Part shown: positions 61,841 to 64,000 of the stretch, piece after piece | Layout: each line of letters opens with the position of its first letter | Numbering within the stretch: the first letter of the stretch is position 1 | Virus record (IMG/VR): IMGVR_UViG_3300044842_000325 | Span: 1-64,000 of that record | DNA length: 64,000 nt | Source of the DNA: a virus | Lineage: Duplodnaviria; Caudoviricetes | Reading direction: 5' to 3' (one strand) | The notes under the pieces: generated by a model | Told to the model about the DNA's origin: nothing | What the model saw: only the letters and a program-made list of their open reading frames with translations | Database searches by the model: none | Program-made: the position numbers and the translations under genes

Positions 61841-63502
61841 TTAATAGCGGGTACCCGACGGCGTGACACCTTGGGCGACATCCGTGACCAGCTGGTTGAT
61901 CGGTGGCAGCACCGCAGCTTGCAGGTTCTTGAACTCGGACGCGATGTGATCGAGCGTGTCCGGTTGCGAGGTGAGCACCGGCGCCATGGCCGAACCCATG
62001 AAGGCCGGGAAGACGAACGTCTCGCGTGGCGAACCATTGAGCGACAGGCCGATCACGATGTCACCGTACAGGTCAGCCACGATGTCCAGATCGTACCGCA
62101 TCCAGTCACCGTCACCGGTCATCGGGCGGACAAACTGCTCGTAGAACAGGATGTCTAGGGTGCGCATCTGGGGCGACAGATCCACGCCCTCGACGAACGG
62201 CCAGGCATTGGTGGCCTTACACATCCGCTCGAAGCTGTTGGAGGCAAACACTTCGACTCGACGCATGGCCAGATCCATCATCATCGGCGGCAGCATGTTC
62301 GTCACCTGCACCGCCCATTCCGTGGCTAGGTCACGACCATTCCACGTTTGCGTGTCACGACCGTAGGCCATGTTTTCACCACGCTTGTTGACATACGCAT
62401 TGAAGTCACGCATGTTGATCTTGCAGACCTGATCGCTGTCAGCGTTCGGGTCGATGGCGAGCAGGTCACGGAACTTGAAGGTTGCCGAAACGATGCCATC
62501 GTCGAAGCTGGCCAGCGCCTTGAGGAACGGGTCTTCCCGCGAGATCGGATCACGCAGGATGCGGCCGGCTTGGGTGTACTGCCCCACCAGACTGCTCATG
62601 TTGGTCTCGATTGCGGCGTCACGGCCTGCCGCCAGACCGCCGAGGATCTTGGCCATGTAGTTGTTCGGATTGGTGTTGTGCACATCCGAAAACTCCGGGG
62701 CCGTCGTCTGCATGTAGCGCGTGTCGGTCACATCGATGCCCCGTTGCGCGGTGCGAGGGTCGTGCATGCGCGACAGTGCCGAGGTCACTTCGTACGGCCG
62801 CATGCGGATCACGTTCGGATCATCGACACTGCGGAACTCGGTGTCGACCAGCACTTGGTGCACAGCATGCATTTCCCACGCGATTTGGTCACCGTAACCG
62901 TAGTTGCGGGTCACCTTACGCACTTCCATGACCGAGTTGATGGTCAGTTCCATCAGCGGATCGAGCGTGTAGTCGCTTTGGTTCAAGCCAGCGCGGCCAG
63001 CCTTCTGGAGAATCCCCATGTGGCTGGTATAGCCAGTCATGACGAACCGTTGCGGTTCCACGGCGCCATGACGCTGCACCGCGATCCGCAGCACGAAACG
63101 GGCCGTTTGGAATTCCAGGCTGTGCTTCAGGTTCAGACGAGCCGGAGCTTCAGCACCCATCGCCGGCTTGATGAACGAACTCGAAATCGCCGACAATTGC
63201 ATCGGGTCGATGTCGTACGCCGCGTTGGCGGGCAGCGAGCCATTCTTCTTGCGCAGCATGAAATCATGGTACGCATGGCTCACCACGTCGTAGACTTGGG
63301 TGATGTTGTTGTTGTCCAGCTGGGTCACGAACGGACGACGCCACTGCTGCTGATACGTGCCGGTGGGCACCACCAATAGCATTTCCACTTGAATGGAAGC
63401 GCCGCGGGTCGGGAACGTGGGCCGTTCACCCATCGGCTGCGGGGCCGGGTTGTAGAGGTTGTACGGGTCGATCGGTTGTTGGTTATAAGGATCGTACGAC
63501 AT
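61841..63502 (-). CDS. picA: Probable PicA/Imp1 phage-nucleus protein-import factor (phiKZ gp69-like)
   Basis: About 550 aa, in the gp68-gp69-gp70-gp71 core order; TGTYQQQWRRPF, MTGYTSH, MRPYEV, FPAFMGSAMAPV. Inferred mainly from gene order. Confidence 0.55.
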   Translation of the reverse strand: MSYDPYNQQPIDPYNLYNPAPQPMGERPTFPTRGASIQVEMLLVVPTGTYQQQWRRPFVTQLDNNNITQVYDVVSHAYHDFMLRKKNGSLPANAAYDIDPMQLSAISSSFIKPAMGAEAPARLNLKHSLEFQTARFVLRIAVQRHGAVEPQRFVMTGYTSHMGILQKAGRAGLNQSDYTLDPLMELTINSVMEVRKVTRNYGYGDQIAWEMHAVHQVLVDTEFRSVDDPNVIRMRPYEVTSALSRMHDPRTAQRGIDVTDTRYMQTTAPEFSDVHNTNPNNYMAKILGGLAAGRDAAIETNMSSLVGQYTQAGRILRDPISREDPFLKALASFDDGIVSATFKFRDLLAIDPNADSDQVCKINMRDFNAYVNKRGENMAYGRDTQTWNGRDLATEWAVQVTNMLPPMMMDLAMRRVEVFASNSFERMCKATNAWPFVEGVDLSPQMRTLDILFYEQFVRPMTGDGDWMRYDLDIVADLYGDIVIGLSLNGSPRETFVFPAFMGSAMAPVLTSQPDTLDHIASEFKNLQAAVLPPINQLVTDVAQGVTPSGTRY

Positions 63503-63504
63503 GG

Positions 63505-63999
63505 TTACAGGCTCCTGGTGGCAATGCGGGTTGCGAGTTCCGCAAGGCGGTTACGAAAATCAGACTTGACCGTATAGCGACGCCCACCGTCATGGTTGGG
63601 CAATTGCTTGATCCACACGGCTGGTAGGTTAAGCAACCAGTGGTTCCGGGTCAAGTTTTGGGTGATGTCATTGACCAGCAAGATCGCCGGGTTGGGCAAC
63701 TTGATGTTCAATGGGTTATCGCTACGACGCTTACCTTCTTTCCGTTGCGCGAACGGGAAGTGTTGGTGCAGCGCAGCGATGTTGGCATCTGTCAATTCAG
63801 CAGGAGGTGGGCTGCCGCCTTGCAGATTACCATCGCGGTCTTTGGCTGCCGTTGCCGTCATCAAAGCCGCGATATCGTAGAAGCCGTTGTAACAGAGAAT
63901 CGCTGTCGCAACGGCCATGATGTTCAAACCCTCGACAAGATTCATCTCGTCGATGGCGCGGGGTGGGAAGAATGCATCCCAGCGTTCTCGAAACTTCGG
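63505..63999 (-). CDS. C-terminal part of the nvRNAP promoter-specificity subunit (phiKZ gp68-like), 5' truncated
   Basis: Frame stays open to the window edge (PKFRERWDAFFPPRAIDEMNL...); gene order. Confidence 0.5.
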   Translation of the reverse strand, partial: PKFRERWDAFFPPRAIDEMNLVEGLNIMAVATAILCYNGFYDIAALMTATAAKDRDGNLQGGSPPPAELTDANIAALHQHFPFAQRKEGKRRSDNPLNIKLPNPAILLVNDITQNLTRNHWLLNLPAVWIKQLPNHDGGRRYTVKSDFRNRLAELATRIATRSL

Positions 64000-64000
64000 G

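Noticed and set aside
1-64000. tRNA/rRNA genes, introns, inteins, IS elements
   Set aside because: None recognised by eye; intergenic gaps are short and mostly explained by hairpins. A tRNAscan/Infernal run would be needed to exclude them formally.

Overview
This is a 64-kb segment of a phiKZ-like (Chimalliviridae-type, probably nucleus-forming) jumbo myophage genome, mostly minus-strand. The host is unknown. From right to left, the core follows phiKZ gp68 to gp101 order: nvRNAP specificity subunit (partial), PicA/Imp1-like nuclear import protein, gp70-like protein, split non-virion RNAP beta/beta' subunits, SF2 helicase, a probable tail-chaperone gene pair, virion RNAP beta' subunit, split family-B DNA polymerase exonuclease subunit, then head, inner-body and baseplate proteins. 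Next is a ~23-kb accessory tail-appendage region with two anchored fibres, three adaptors, a chaperone, a permuted papain-like enzyme, a repeat-stalk adhesin and a tandemly duplicated ~6-kb two-gene module. The left end holds small, probably early genes. The main findings are: (1) a translationally coupled T6SS-type amidase effector-immunity pair (Tae2/Tai2-like) in a lytic jumbo phage; (2) a candidate P2-like -1 programmed frameshift (T6 run) joining two core genes; (3) a domain shared between a fibre C-terminus and the N-termini of the duplicated 900-aa proteins, suggesting a branched receptor-binding/depolymerase apparatus; (4) a stand-alone DarG-like macrodomain. phiKZ gp assignments come from motifs plus remembered gene order, not database searches.
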